Virus genome (UHGV): UHGV-1283097
Length of the DNA: 24,940 bases
DNA from: a virus
Reading direction: 5' to 3' (one strand)
Positions within the stretch are counted from its first letter, which is position 1; the number at the start of each line of letters is the position of its first letter. The notes below the pieces were generated by a model. It had not been told where the DNA came from, did no database searches, and saw nothing but the letters and a program-made list of their open reading frames with translations. The position numbers and the translations under genes are program-made. Below are positions 8,882 through 18,520 of this stretch, one piece after another.

Positions 8882-9123
8882 TAACTGAGCCGTAGCCACT
8901 GACTATCCTGAATTCATCAGTGATAGTTACGCTGCGGCCTTCTACACATGATATTCGTGAAAGCGGGTGGCAGGAGGTTGCGCTAACAACCTCATGCCGT
9001 TTTGCCCGTGCATATCGGTCACGAACAAATCTGATTACTAAACACAGTAGCCTGGATTTGTTCTATCAGTAATCGACCTTATTCCTAATTAAATAGAGCA
9101 AATCCCCTTATTGGGGGTAAGAC

Positions 9124-9447
9124 ATGAAGATGCCAGAAAAACATGACCTGTTAGCCGCCATTCTCGCGGCAAAGGAACAAGGCATCGGGGCAATCCTTGC
9201 GTTTGCAATGGCGTACCTTCGCGGCAGATATAATGGCGGTGCGTTTACAAAAACAGTAATCGACGCAACGATGTGCGCCATTATCGCCTGGTTCATTCGT
9301 GACCTTCTCGACTTCGCCGGACTAAGTAGCAACCTCGCTTATATAACGAGCGTGTTCATCGGCTATATCGGTACTGACTCGATTGGTTCGCTTATCAAAC
9401 GCTTCGCTGCTAAAAAAGCCGGAGTAGAAGATGGTGGAAATCAATAA
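9124..9447 (+). CDS. S: Holin S (class I, dual-start S107/S105 type)
   Basis: [39 protein letters not shown]... is lambda S from memory, with the Met-Lys-Met dual start and three transmembrane segments. Confidence 0.95.
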   Translation: MKMPEKHDLLAAILAAKEQGIGAILAFAMAYLRGRYNGGAFTKTVIDATMCAIIAWFIRDLLDFAGLSSNLAYITSVFIGYIGTDSIGSLIKRFAAKKAGVEDGGNQ

Positions 9448-9907
9448 TCAACGTAAGGCGTTCCTCGATATGCTGGCGTGGTCAGAGGGGACTGATAACG
9501 GACGTCAGAAAACCAGAAATCATGGTTATGACGTCATTGTAGGCGGAGAGCTATTCACTGATTACTCCGATCACCCTCGCAAACTTGTCACGCTAAACCC
9601 CAAACTCAAATCAACAGCCGCCGGACGCTACCAGCTTCTTTCCCGTTGGTGGGATGCCTATCGTAAGCAGCTTGGCCTGAAAGACTTCTCTCCGAAAAGC
9701 CAGGACGCTGTGGCACTGCAACAGATTAAAGAGCGTGGCGCTTTACCGATGATTGATCGCGGTGATATCCGTCAGGCAATCGACCGTTGCAGCAATATCT
9801 GGGCTTCACTGCCGGGGGCTGGTTATGGTCAGTTCGAGCATAAGGCTGACAGCCTGATTGCAAAATTCAAAGAAGCTGGCGGAACGGTCAGAGAGATTGA
9901 GGTATGA
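9431..9907 (+). CDS. R: Endolysin R (lytic transglycosylase)
   Basis: [39 protein letters not shown]... is lambda R from memory; start overlaps the S 3' end. Confidence 0.95.
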   Translation: MVEINNQRKAFLDMLAWSEGTDNGRQKTRNHGYDVIVGGELFTDYSDHPRKLVTLNPKLKSTAAGRYQLLSRWWDAYRKQLGLKDFSPKSQDAVALQQIKERGALPMIDRGDIRQAIDRCSNIWASLPGAGYGQFEHKADSLIAKFKEAGGTVREIEV

Positions 9908-10371
9908 GCAGAGTAACCGCGATTATCTCCGCTCTGGTTATCTGCATCATCGCCTGTCTGTCATGGGCGGTTAATCATTACCGTGATAACGCCATCGCCT
10001 ACAAAGAACAGCGAGATAAAAAAGTCAGTGAGCTGAAGCAGGCGACCGCCACCATTACTGACATGCAGCAGCGCCAGCGTGCTGCTGATGCACTCGATGC
10101 TAAATACACGAAGGAGTTAGCTGATGCGAAAGCTGAAAATGATGCTCTTCGGCGCAAGCTTGATAATGGTGGTCGGGTGTTCGTCAAAGGAAAATGCCCT
10201 ATGCCATCCTCAGCCGAAACCTCCAGCGCCTCCGGCATGGGCAATGATGCCACCGTCGAACTCTCTCCAGTTGCTGGACGAAACGTTCTCGGTATCCGGG
10301 ACGGAATCATCAGCGACCAAACAGCACTGAGAACGCTTCAGGAATACATCAGGACGCAATGCCTTCGATGA
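9904..10371 (+). CDS. Rz: i-spanin Rz
   Basis: N-terminal transmembrane anchor ([20 protein letters not shown]), coiled-coil periplasmic domain, and embedded Rz1 frame; ATGA overlap with R. Confidence 0.9.
   Translation: MSRVTAIISALVICIIACLSWAVNHYRDNAIAYKEQRDKKVSELKQATATITDMQQRQRAADALDAKYTKELADAKAENDALRRKLDNGGRVFVKGKCPMPSSAETSSASGMGNDATVELSPVAGRNVLGIRDGIISDQTALRTLQEYIRTQCLR
10124..10330 (+). CDS. Rz1: o-spanin Rz1 (lipoprotein, embedded in +1 frame of Rz)
   Basis: [19 protein letters not shown]: signal peptide with lipobox VVGC, followed by a proline-rich mature peptide ([11 protein letters not shown]), fully inside Rz. Confidence 0.85.
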   Translation: MRKLKMMLFGASLIMVVGCSSKENALCHPQPKPPAPPAWAMMPPSNSLQLLDETFSVSGTESSATKQH

Positions 10372-10547
10372 TAGCGATAATTTTACTCATCATCCTTCAC
10401 ATCTGGCTCTGTAGACAGGGTGGTGATCACTTCTGGAGTGAATCCAGATTAAACATCTCATTGCTGATGCTTGATATTGAGCATCTTGCGCGCGGTAAGG
10501 GGCTGCGTTGAGATAAGAGCCAGTTCATTACAAATACCAGGATTTAG

Positions 10548-10570
10548 CCTCGCATTCGCGGGGTTTTTTA
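10548..10570 (+). terminator. Intrinsic terminator downstream of the lysis cassette
   Basis: CCTCGC-ATTC-GCGGGG hairpin (6 bp including one G-U) followed by TTTTTTATT. Confidence 0.55.
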
Positions 10571-10593
10571 TTCCCAACTCCATAGGTAATTTT

Positions 10594-11073
10594 ATGACCC
10601 AGCATATTGGCGTAAAACTGATTAACGCCTTTCCGATGACGAGACAGGCATATAACGATTTTCGTGGCTGGCAGCTTCCTGCCGGAGAAAACGGCGAGGA
10701 CGAAGGCTATCTGGTTGAATATCTGGATGGCGGAAAACCTAACACCGATCGCTTTGATGGCTACGTTAGCTGGAGTCCAAAAGAAGTATTCGAAAAGGCT
10801 TATCGTCCGGTATCAGGACTAAGTTTCGGCCTTGCCATGGAAGCGTTAAAACAGGGCAAAAGTTTGCAGCGGGCAGGATGGAATGGGAAAGACCAGTTTG
10901 TTTATCTCGTGAAAGGGGAAAAATTAGCGTCTGCGTTGGGTTATGGCTTTGGCGAATATGTTGGCGAGCCAACTTTCAATGACACGCTTGTATTGAAAAA
11001 CTCACAGAACCGCCTTGCTACATGGGTTCCATCCATTGGCGACCTGATGGCTGAAGACTGGCAAATCATTTAA
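10594..11073 (+). CDS. Two-domain accessory protein (159 aa); C-terminal half resembles the DUF2829 small phage domain
   Basis: ATG at 10594 (ORF-track TTG start at 10471 rejected). C-terminal segment GLSFGLAMEALKQGKSLQRAGWNGKDQFVYL...WVPSIGDLMAEDWQII has the GWNGK...DxxAEDW pattern I associate with DUF2829; N-terminal ~70 aa is a separate conserved-looking domain (…GYLVEYLDGG…YVSWSPKEVFEKAY). Confidence 0.7.
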   Translation: MTQHIGVKLINAFPMTRQAYNDFRGWQLPAGENGEDEGYLVEYLDGGKPNTDRFDGYVSWSPKEVFEKAYRPVSGLSFGLAMEALKQGKSLQRAGWNGKDQFVYLVKGEKLASALGYGFGEYVGEPTFNDTLVLKNSQNRLATWVPSIGDLMAEDWQII

Positions 11074-11306
11074 CCATGTAGGCATTACAAAGCCTATCTA
11101 CGGGTGGGCTTGATAATGAAACCGGAATTTATTCTGGGCAACCAGTTACGGCAGTACAGCGAAGCAACCCAAGCCAGAAAGTGGGGAAATAACACTGGCA
11201 GCCACTGAAAGATGAACCTCCTGCCTTATGGCAAAAAAGATTCTTTGTGGTGGCGGACTGATGGAAAGACATCCTAATCAAGCAACCACTCCACAGGGTC
11301 ATAATT

Positions 11307-11678
11307 ATGAACGACCAGCAAATCGAAAAAGAAATCGTTGAGAAAGGCAAAACGGCACCGCGCGTTACGCCAGACCATATCGAAGGAATTATTGCTCAGG
11401 AGGCATATTTCACAGCAGAGGATGGTGCCTTTGGCAAAGCCATAAAAGATAAACATACTGGCGGAGAGGTAAACTACCAGCCGCACGAATCACTTTCTCT
11501 GCTGACGTTCTGCGTCCTGGTGCTGCGCAACGGCTTCACCGTCACCGGAGAGAGTGCCTGTGCAAGTCCGGAAAATTTTGATGCAGAAATTGGTCGGAAG
11601 ATTGCCCGGCAGAATGCTGTAAACAAAATCTGGATGCTCGAAGGTTACTTGCTGAAGCAGAAGCTAAGCGAACAGTAG
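11307..11678 (+). CDS. Conserved phage accessory protein (123 aa), Gp49 / Sf6 gene-66-like family (tentative)
   Basis: Motif LLTFCVLVLRNGFTVTGESACASPENFDAEIGRKIARQNAVNKIW is recalled from the N4-Gp49/Sf6-66 family of small phage proteins; function unknown. Confidence 0.65.
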   Translation: MNDQQIEKEIVEKGKTAPRVTPDHIEGIIAQEAYFTAEDGAFGKAIKDKHTGGEVNYQPHESLSLLTFCVLVLRNGFTVTGESACASPENFDAEIGRKIARQNAVNKIWMLEGYLLKQKLSEQ

Positions 11679-11781
11679 TTATTACAAAAGCCATTCCCTA
11701 CAGAGTGGCTTTGATAATGGCTTATACCCTACACGGGATAACTTAACTGATATCCCTTTTAACGGATAAACGGAGCCAACA

Positions 11782-12024
11782 ATGGCAGAGATTATTCCCA
11801 TGACTGAAGAACAGAAATTCCAGTTAGAGATTTACAAACTGGTCATGAACCAGAACGCAGCCGCAGAAGAAGCATTTCAATTCATTGGCACTGACGAACT
11901 GAAGCTTGAGCTATTCAAAATTCACTTCCAGTCAGGCGGCGCTAATTCGGATATCACGACCCGCACTATCGAAGCGGTGCGTAAATCGAAGGAAGCGTTA
12001 GACCTGTTCACTACCGGAGCATGA
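11782..12024 (+). CDS. Small acidic hypothetical protein (80 aa) upstream of terminase
   Basis: GGAG Shine-Dalgarno upstream of ATG; MAEIIPMTEEQKFQLEIYKLVMNQNAAAEEAFQFIG...; no recognisable family. Confidence 0.6.
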   Translation: MAEIIPMTEEQKFQLEIYKLVMNQNAAAEEAFQFIGTDELKLELFKIHFQSGGANSDITTRTIEAVRKSKEALDLFTTGA

Positions 12025-12053
12025 TGCTCAACCTGAAATAACAAATAAGTGAG

Positions 12054-12548
12054 ATGAATATGGCAGCACCAAAGGGCAACCGATTTTGGGAGGCCCGCAG
12101 TAGTCATGGGCGAAATCCTAAATTCGAATCGCCCGAGGCGCTGTGGGCTGCTTGTTGTGAATACTTCGAGTGGGCTGATGATAACCCGCTATGGGAGGGT
12201 AAGGTATTTTCATATCAGGGAGAAATAATTAAGGCTAACGTTCCTAAGATGCGAGCCATGACTATTTCAGGATTGTGTACCTTCCTTGATATCACCAGGC
12301 AAACATGGGGAACCTTCCGGTCAATGGAAGGTTTTTCTGACGTCACATCACGAGCGGAAGACATCATCTACGACCAGAAATTCTCTGGCGCAGCCGCTGA
12401 CCTTCTCAACGCTAACATCATCGCCCGTGATTTGGGCCTCAAAGAGCAGTCGCAAGTTGAAGACGTGACACCTGATAAGGGAGATCGCGATAAGCGGCGC
12501 TCTCGTATCAAGGAGCTATTCAACCGTGGAACTGGACGCGATTCTTGA
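12054..12548 (+). CDS. Terminase small subunit (P22 gp3-like)
   Basis: [37 protein letters not shown]... closely matches P22 gp3 from memory; true start may be the ATG at 12060. Confidence 0.9.
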   Translation: MNMAAPKGNRFWEARSSHGRNPKFESPEALWAACCEYFEWADDNPLWEGKVFSYQGEIIKANVPKMRAMTISGLCTFLDITRQTWGTFRSMEGFSDVTSRAEDIIYDQKFSGAAADLLNANIIARDLGLKEQSQVEDVTPDKGDRDKRRSRIKELFNRGTGRDS

Positions 12549-14022
12549 TAACCTGAGCGACGAAGAGCAAATCGAATTGCTCGAGCTACTTGAAGAAGAA
12601 GAGAACTACCGTAACACACACCTGCTATATGAATTTACGCCATACAGCAAACAGCGTGAGTTCATCGACGCCGGACATGACTATCCAGAGCGATGTTTTA
12701 TGGCTGGTAACCAGCTTGGTAAGTCATTTACTGGTGCTGCTGAAGTCGCGTTTCACCTTACAGGGCGTTATCCGGGCACAAAAGGCTATCCTGCTGATGG
12801 TAAATATGGCGGTGAGTGGAAAGGTAAGCGTTTCTATGAGCCTGTTGTCTTCTGGATTGGCGGCGAGACAAACGAGACGGTAACCAAAACGACTCAACGC
12901 ATCCTGTGCGGTCGTATCGAAGAGAATGACGAGCCAGGCTACGGTTCCATACCTAAAGAAGACATCATTAGCTGGAAGAAGTCTCCTTTCTTTCCGAACC
13001 TTGTTGATCATCTTCTGGTTAAGCATCACACGGCTGATGGCGTTGAAGATGGCATTTCAATCTGCTACTTCAAGCCATACTCGCAAGGCCGTGCTCGCTG
13101 GCAGGGTGACACAATCCACGGCGTGTGGTTTGACGAAGAGCCACCATACAGCATTTATGGCGAAGGTCTTACCCGTACCAACAAATACGGGCAATTCTCA
13201 ATTCTGACGTTTACCCCGCTGATGGGGATGTCTGACGTTGTTACCAAGTTCCTGAAGAATCCCAGCAAGTCGCAGAAAGTGGTCAACATGACCATCTATG
13301 ACGCTGAGCACTACACAGACGAACAGAAAGAGCAAATCATCGCATCCTATCCCGAACATGAGAGAGAGGCGCGTGCTCGCGGTATTCCTACGATGGGTAG
13401 CGGTCGAATCTTCCAGATACCGGAAGAGACGATTAAGTGTCAGCCGTTCGAGTGTCCTGATCACTTCTACGTCATCAACGCAATGGACTTCGGATGGGAT
13501 CACCCACAGGCACATATCCAGCTTTGGTGGGATAAAGACGAGGACGTGATTTATCTTTCTCGCGTCTGGAAGGCCAAACAGAAGAAGGCGACAGAGGCAT
13601 GGAGTGCTGTTAAAGCATGGAGCAAAAACACCCCTACGGCTTGGCCTCATGACGGGCATCAGCACGAAAAGGGAGGTGGCGCTCAGCTCAAGGAACAATA
13701 CGCCGACGCTGGGTTCGACATGTTGCCAGATCATGCAACATGGCCTGATGGAGGTAATGCGGTCGAACCCGGGATAGCAGAGATACGCGACATGATGCTC
13801 GACGGTCGTTTCAAGGTATTTAACACCTGCGAGCCATTCTTTGAAGAGTTTCGCCTGTATCACCGCGATGAGAACGGGAAGATCGTCAAGCTAAACGACG
13901 ACATCCTTTCTGCTGTTCGCTATGGCTACATGATGAGGCGTTTTGCAATACAGATGCGAGACATCAAAGATCCTAAAGAGATTGATTACTCAAGCTACAA
14001 CATACCTTGCGGAGTTGGATGA
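12526..14022 (+). CDS. Terminase large subunit (P22 gp2-like)
   Basis: [40 protein letters not shown]...; ATPase motif region [13 protein letters not shown] and nuclease domain. Apparent GTG start with AGGAG 10 nt upstream, overlapping the small-subunit 3' end. Confidence 0.93.
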   Translation: MELDAILDNLSDEEQIELLELLEEEENYRNTHLLYEFTPYSKQREFIDAGHDYPERCFMAGNQLGKSFTGAAEVAFHLTGRYPGTKGYPADGKYGGEWKGKRFYEPVVFWIGGETNETVTKTTQRILCGRIEENDEPGYGSIPKEDIISWKKSPFFPNLVDHLLVKHHTADGVEDGISICYFKPYSQGRARWQGDTIHGVWFDEEPPYSIYGEGLTRTNKYGQFSILTFTPLMGMSDVVTKFLKNPSKSQKVVNMTIYDAEHYTDEQKEQIIASYPEHEREARARGIPTMGSGRIFQIPEETIKCQPFECPDHFYVINAMDFGWDHPQAHIQLWWDKDEDVIYLSRVWKAKQKKATEAWSAVKAWSKNTPTAWPHDGHQHEKGGGAQLKEQYADAGFDMLPDHATWPDGGNAVEPGIAEIRDMMLDGRFKVFNTCEPFFEEFRLYHRDENGKIVKLNDDILSAVRYGYMMRRFAIQMRDIKDPKEIDYSSYNIPCGVG

Positions 14023-16223
14023 TGGCTGATGATAGAAAGATGACTGACTGGCATCGCAAGGTGCTGTGCAACTTTGATAATGCCTGGTCAGCAACGCAGG
14101 ATATGCGAGAGCAGATTATTGAGGCTCAACGTTTCGTCCGGGTGTCCGGCGCACAGTGGGAAGGCAGCACAAACGCTGGTTACTCATTTGATGAAGGCAG
14201 GTTTGAGCATTACCCGCGTTTTGAACTGAATAAGATTGCCCGTGAATGTGATCGCATCATTGGCGAGTATCGACAGAATCGCATCAGCGTTAAATTCAGG
14301 CCGAAGGACGATAAGGCATCGGAAGCGTTAGCCGAAAAGATGAACGGCAAATTCCGCGCTGACTATCAGGAAACATCCGGTGGCGAAGCGTGTGATAACG
14401 CATTTGATGATGCTGTAACGGGCGGATTCGGTTGTTTCCGCATGTGTGCTGATTACGAAGATGAAATGGATCCGAGTAACGAGCAGCGACGCATCAGCCT
14501 TCTTCCTGTTTACGACCCAGCGACATGCGTTTTCTTCGATCAGGACAGCAAGCAATATGACCGCTCTGATGCTATGTGGGCTATGGAAATGTTCTCCATG
14601 ACGCCTAAAGCGTTCGAGGCTGAATACCCTGATTCCATCGCGGCAAGCCTTCCTCGTGATGACACTGGTACTCAGTATGACTGGTCAACGCCCGATGCCA
14701 TCTATGTTGGACGCTACTACGAAGTTCGCATAGAGAAGGTGAAGCTCACGGCGTGGCGCAATCCTGTCAGCGGAGAAACGGCAATCTATGATGAAGAGCA
14801 AATCAAAGATATTGTCGACGAGCTGACCGATGGTGCATTCGAACTGATTGGCGAGCGAACGGTGAAGAAGCGCCGCGTTTATTGCGGTCTTCTGTCTGGC
14901 GCTGAATGGCTGGAAGAACCGAAGCGTATTCCGGGCGAACATATTCCTCTCATCCCGGTATATGGGCGTCGCTCATTTGTTGATAATCAGGAGCGAATAG
15001 AAGGCCACGCAGCAAAAGCGATGGATGCACAGCGTCTTGAGAACCTGATGGTTTCCATGATTGCAGATAACGCTACTCAGGCTGGCGGTGATGGCATTCC
15101 TATCGTGGATGTTGATTTCATTCCCGGTCCATTAATGAATCACTGGGCAGAGAGGAATAAGAAAAGACCTGCAGTTCTTCCCATGACCAGCAAGAAGGAC
15201 AAAAACGGAACGGTCATTTCAGAGGCTCAGGTTGCTGGCTGGACACCTCCGACACAAATGCCTCCTGCTCTTGCCGGGCTATTGCAGTACACCGGAACGG
15301 CTATTCAGCAAATTACAGGTGCGTCGCAGCTTGAGAACATGCCGAGCAACGTCGCTACCGATACCGTTGATAGCATCTTTAACCGGATGGACACGCAGTC
15401 CTATATCTACATGGACAACATGGCTAAATCCATGCGCCGTGCTGGCGTCGTGTGGCTTTCTATGGCTCGTGAAGTCTATGGCAGCGATACGCCAATGCGC
15501 ATCGTTAATGAGGATGGAAGCGATGACGTGGCGCTGATGACTGGTGAAGTGGTTGACCGTCAGACAGGGCAGGTTATCGCGCTTAACGACCTTTCGCAGG
15601 GTAACTATGAAGTGACTGTCGATGTCGGTCAGTCGTTCGCTACTCGCCGTGATGCAACGGTTAAGTCGTTACTTTCCATGCTGGCACTTATCCCGCCAGG
15701 AACGCCGAAGCATGACCTTGTATCGTCGATGATTCTCGACAATATGGACGGCGAAGGGATGGACGACCTGAAAGAATACAACCGCAATCAGTTGCTTCTG
15801 TCTGGCGTTATCAAGCCGAGAACGCCTGAAGAACAGCAAATGGTTGAGCAGGCGAAACAACAACAGGCCAGTCAGCCAGATCCGGCTATGGTTGCTGCGC
15901 AAGGTCAGCTTCTTGCTGGTCAGGCTGAATTGCAGAAAGCGCAGAACGAACAAGCAGCCATTCAGGTTAAAGCATTCCAGGCACAGACGGATGCTCAGGT
16001 TGCTGCGGCAAATGTTGTGAAAATCCTCGCATCTGCCGATAGCCAGCAAAAATCTGATATCCGTGAGGCGCTGAAACTGCTCGGACAGTTCCAGCAACAG
16101 CAAGGAGATAATGCCCGTGCTGATGCAGAGCTTGTCCTGAAAAGTCAGGCACAGGGCCATGCGCAGCGCATGGACATCAGCAGCATCCTGCAAAAATCAA
16201 CTCAGCAACAACCACAGCAGTAA
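14019..16223 (+). CDS. Portal protein (P22 gp1-like) with Gln-rich C-terminal barrel
   Basis: Roughly 735 aa directly after terminase; conserved ...GEHIPLIPVYG... core and C-terminal coiled-coil/Gln-rich tail (PEEQQMVEQAKQQQ...QAELQKAQNEQ) typical of P22-like portals. ATG overlaps the terminase stop. Confidence 0.93.
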   Translation: MMADDRKMTDWHRKVLCNFDNAWSATQDMREQIIEAQRFVRVSGAQWEGSTNAGYSFDEGRFEHYPRFELNKIARECDRIIGEYRQNRISVKFRPKDDKASEALAEKMNGKFRADYQETSGGEACDNAFDDAVTGGFGCFRMCADYEDEMDPSNEQRRISLLPVYDPATCVFFDQDSKQYDRSDAMWAMEMFSMTPKAFEAEYPDSIAASLPRDDTGTQYDWSTPDAIYVGRYYEVRIEKVKLTAWRNPVSGETAIYDEEQIKDIVDELTDGAFELIGERTVKKRRVYCGLLSGAEWLEEPKRIPGEHIPLIPVYGRRSFVDNQERIEGHAAKAMDAQRLENLMVSMIADNATQAGGDGIPIVDVDFIPGPLMNHWAERNKKRPAVLPMTSKKDKNGTVISEAQVAGWTPPTQMPPALAGLLQYTGTAIQQITGASQLENMPSNVATDTVDSIFNRMDTQSYIYMDNMAKSMRRAGVVWLSMAREVYGSDTPMRIVNEDGSDDVALMTGEVVDRQTGQVIALNDLSQGNYEVTVDVGQSFATRRDATVKSLLSMLALIPPGTPKHDLVSSMILDNMDGEGMDDLKEYNRNQLLLSGVIKPRTPEEQQMVEQAKQQQASQPDPAMVAAQGQLLAGQAELQKAQNEQAAIQVKAFQAQTDAQVAAANVVKILASADSQQKSDIREALKLLGQFQQQQGDNARADAELVLKSQAQGHAQRMDISSILQKSTQQQPQQ

Positions 16224-16313
16224 TTAACCCATAACGTGCAATGGCTGTCTTTATGAGGCCTGGCACCCTATTGCCTTCCGATGGGCTGAACATCGAGTAA
16301 ACAGGGGTAACAA

Positions 16314-17207
16314 ATGGACCAGATGGCAGAAAACAAACCAGAAGTTGAAATCGAAACCGACGCGTCAGAGCAGATTCCTGATGATGTCGAACTGGCTGAA
16401 GAAGTCGAAACAGAAGATGGCAGTGAGTCCTCTGGCAATTATGCAGAGGAAGCTACTGAAACTGATGACGACGAATCAGAACAGGAATTCTACTTTGGTG
16501 ACGAAAAGCTGGATTCGCCAACCAGCGAAGATAGCGCAGAGCATGGACTGGTAAAACACCTGCGCAAGACGATTAAAGAGAAAGACCGTGAGCTGAAAGA
16601 GCTGATGCGTCAGTCTCAGAAACCCGTCGAGCAGCAGCCGGTAATCACTCAACCACCGCGAATGCCAAAACTGGATGATGAGGACATCGGTTTCGATGAA
16701 GAAATCTATCAGCAACGCATGGCTAAGTGGGCAGAGGATAACGGAAAGTACCAGCAACAGGAGATGGCTCGCAAGCAGAAGGAGCAGGAGCTTCAGGCTG
16801 CCTATCAAGAGCGATTATCCAAATATCAGCAACGTGTTAAGGCTCTCAAGGTTCCTGGCTATCAGGAAGCAGAACAGGCCGTACTCGAGGAAATCCCCAT
16901 CGAGACACAAAACGCGATCCTGTTTGAGTCAGAGAAGCCGGAAATCGTTGTTCTGGCGCTTGGTCGCAACGCTGAACTGCGCAAGCAACTGGCAGAAGCT
17001 ACCAACCCCGTAGCAATTGGTCGTCTGCTGGAACGTATCGAATCTAAGGCCAGAATCATGCCAAAAGCAAAAACCACGGCAGCCACAACCCCGACAGTTA
17101 AGGGGAGCAACGGCGCAGTAATCAATAACCTCGACAAACTGAAAGCCAAGGCGCTGGAAACTGGTGACTGGACGCCGTATTTCGCCGCTAAAAAGGCAAA
17201 AAAATAA
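16314..17207 (+). CDS. Scaffolding protein (P22 gp8-like)
   Basis: 297 aa, highly acidic N-terminus, helical/charged composition, located between portal and coat. Confidence 0.85.
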   Translation: MDQMAENKPEVEIETDASEQIPDDVELAEEVETEDGSESSGNYAEEATETDDDESEQEFYFGDEKLDSPTSEDSAEHGLVKHLRKTIKEKDRELKELMRQSQKPVEQQPVITQPPRMPKLDDEDIGFDEEIYQQRMAKWAEDNGKYQQQEMARKQKEQELQAAYQERLSKYQQRVKALKVPGYQEAEQAVLEEIPIETQNAILFESEKPEIVVLALGRNAELRKQLAEATNPVAIGRLLERIESKARIMPKAKTTAATTPTVKGSNGAVINNLDKLKAKALETGDWTPYFAAKKAKK

Positions 17208-17225
17208 CCTATCGGAGCATTAAGC

Positions 17226-18479
17226 ATGGCTAACCAATTAGCAAAAGACCTTGAAATCATGTTCGAAAACTACGTTGAAGGCTTTGAGGCCGCCTGCGTA
17301 GTTTCCCGTAACGCTAAAAAATTCCGTCCCGGTGATACAGCAATGCAGCGAGCAGGTGATGTTCTGTATCGTCCGCAGCATTACCACATGAACATTGAGG
17401 AAGGCCTCGATCTCAGCAGCAAAACGCCAACAGCACTGGTTCAGCGCCTTGTTCCTTCTGTGTTCAAGGAGCCGAAAAACATTCTGTACACTCTGGATGC
17501 GCGTGAAATGCGTGACCCGGAACATAAAACTGAAGCTGGTCGCGCCGCAGGTATGCGCCTTGCTGCACAGATTGACTCTGACCTGATTTCCATGGTTACG
17601 CAGCGTGCTACTAACGTGATCACCATGTCTGACTCAACCACAGGTTCACAGGGCCGTGATTTGTGGAACTGTGCGGCAGGTATTGATGCCACCATGACGG
17701 CGATTGGTGTACCTCAGGGTATCAACCGTCGCTCTTTCTGGAACCCCTTCAACTACAAAGACCTTGCTGGCGAGCTTGGTCACCGAGCCTACGCTCAGGG
17801 CGCAACCCTGACAGCATACGAAAAAGCGCAGATCCCTCCGGTTGCTTCCTTTGATAGCTACAAGACCGATATTTCTGGTCGATTACCGAAAGGAAGCACT
17901 GAATCCTTGACAGTATCAGGCCAACCTGAACACAAGGTTGAAGCGAAAGATTCAAATGGTATGCCAGTTGATAACCGACAGGGGACTATTACGGTATCTG
18001 CATCTGGCTTGCAGGTTGGTGATGCGTTCACCATTGCCGGTGTGAATTCCGTACACCAGATCACAAAAGATACCACCGGTCAACCGCAGGTATTCCGTGT
18101 TCTGGCTGTTAGCGGAACTACCGTAACAATTTCTCCAAAGATTCTCCCTGTTGAAAATACTGATGTTGCGAGTCGTCCATATGCAAACGTCGATGCCAAA
18201 CCGGCAGAATCAGCAGCAATCACCATTCTCAACAAGAACGCAGCACCTGCTAACCTGTTCTGGGCTGATGGTTCTGTTGAGCTGATGTACGGCAAACTGG
18301 CGTTCCCGACTGGTCAGGGTCCACAGGTAATGACAGCAACCACCGAGCAGGGCGCTACGCTGATCATGTCTTACGCCTTCGACCACATCAAAGGCGTAAC
18401 CACTGCTCGTTTCACCACTCTGTACGGTTGCTCTGTACTTGTTCCTGAATATACGGGCATCGTTATTGCCGGGCAGTAA
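17226..18479 (+). CDS. Major capsid (coat) protein, P22/Sf6 gp5-like
   Basis: 417 aa between scaffold and a strong terminator; conserved blocks (…ANLFWADGSVEL…) resembling the P22 coat family; GGAG Shine-Dalgarno. Confidence 0.88.
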   Translation: MANQLAKDLEIMFENYVEGFEAACVVSRNAKKFRPGDTAMQRAGDVLYRPQHYHMNIEEGLDLSSKTPTALVQRLVPSVFKEPKNILYTLDAREMRDPEHKTEAGRAAGMRLAAQIDSDLISMVTQRATNVITMSDSTTGSQGRDLWNCAAGIDATMTAIGVPQGINRRSFWNPFNYKDLAGELGHRAYAQGATLTAYEKAQIPPVASFDSYKTDISGRLPKGSTESLTVSGQPEHKVEAKDSNGMPVDNRQGTITVSASGLQVGDAFTIAGVNSVHQITKDTTGQPQVFRVLAVSGTTVTISPKILPVENTDVASRPYANVDAKPAESAAITILNKNAAPANLFWADGSVELMYGKLAFPTGQGPQVMTATTEQGATLIMSYAFDHIKGVTTARFTTLYGCSVLVPEYTGIVIAGQ

Positions 18480-18486
18480 TTTTGGT

Positions 18487-18508
18487 GGGGCTTCGGCCCC
18501 ATTTTTAT
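18487..18508 (+). terminator. Intrinsic terminator after the coat gene
   Basis: GGGGC-TTCG-GCCCC hairpin followed by ATTTTTATT, 8 nt after the coat stop. Confidence 0.8.
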
Positions 18509-18520
18509 TGGGAGAAGACA

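Noticed and set aside
10471-10593. TTG-initiated N-terminal extension of the 10594 gene
   Set aside because: The extension crosses a terminator hairpin and T-run and uses a TTG start; ATG 10594 is more plausible.
11228-11341. Short ORF (MAKKILCGGGLMERH...) overlapping the start of the 11307 gene
   Set aside because: No Shine-Dalgarno sequence, overlaps a better-supported gene in another frame, arbitrary-looking product.
12590-16193. Long antisense or alternative-frame ORFs inside terminase and portal (for example 13198..13863 minus, 15669..16193 minus, 12590..12883)
   Set aside because: Embedded in highly conserved structural genes; typical frame-shadow ORFs with no start context.
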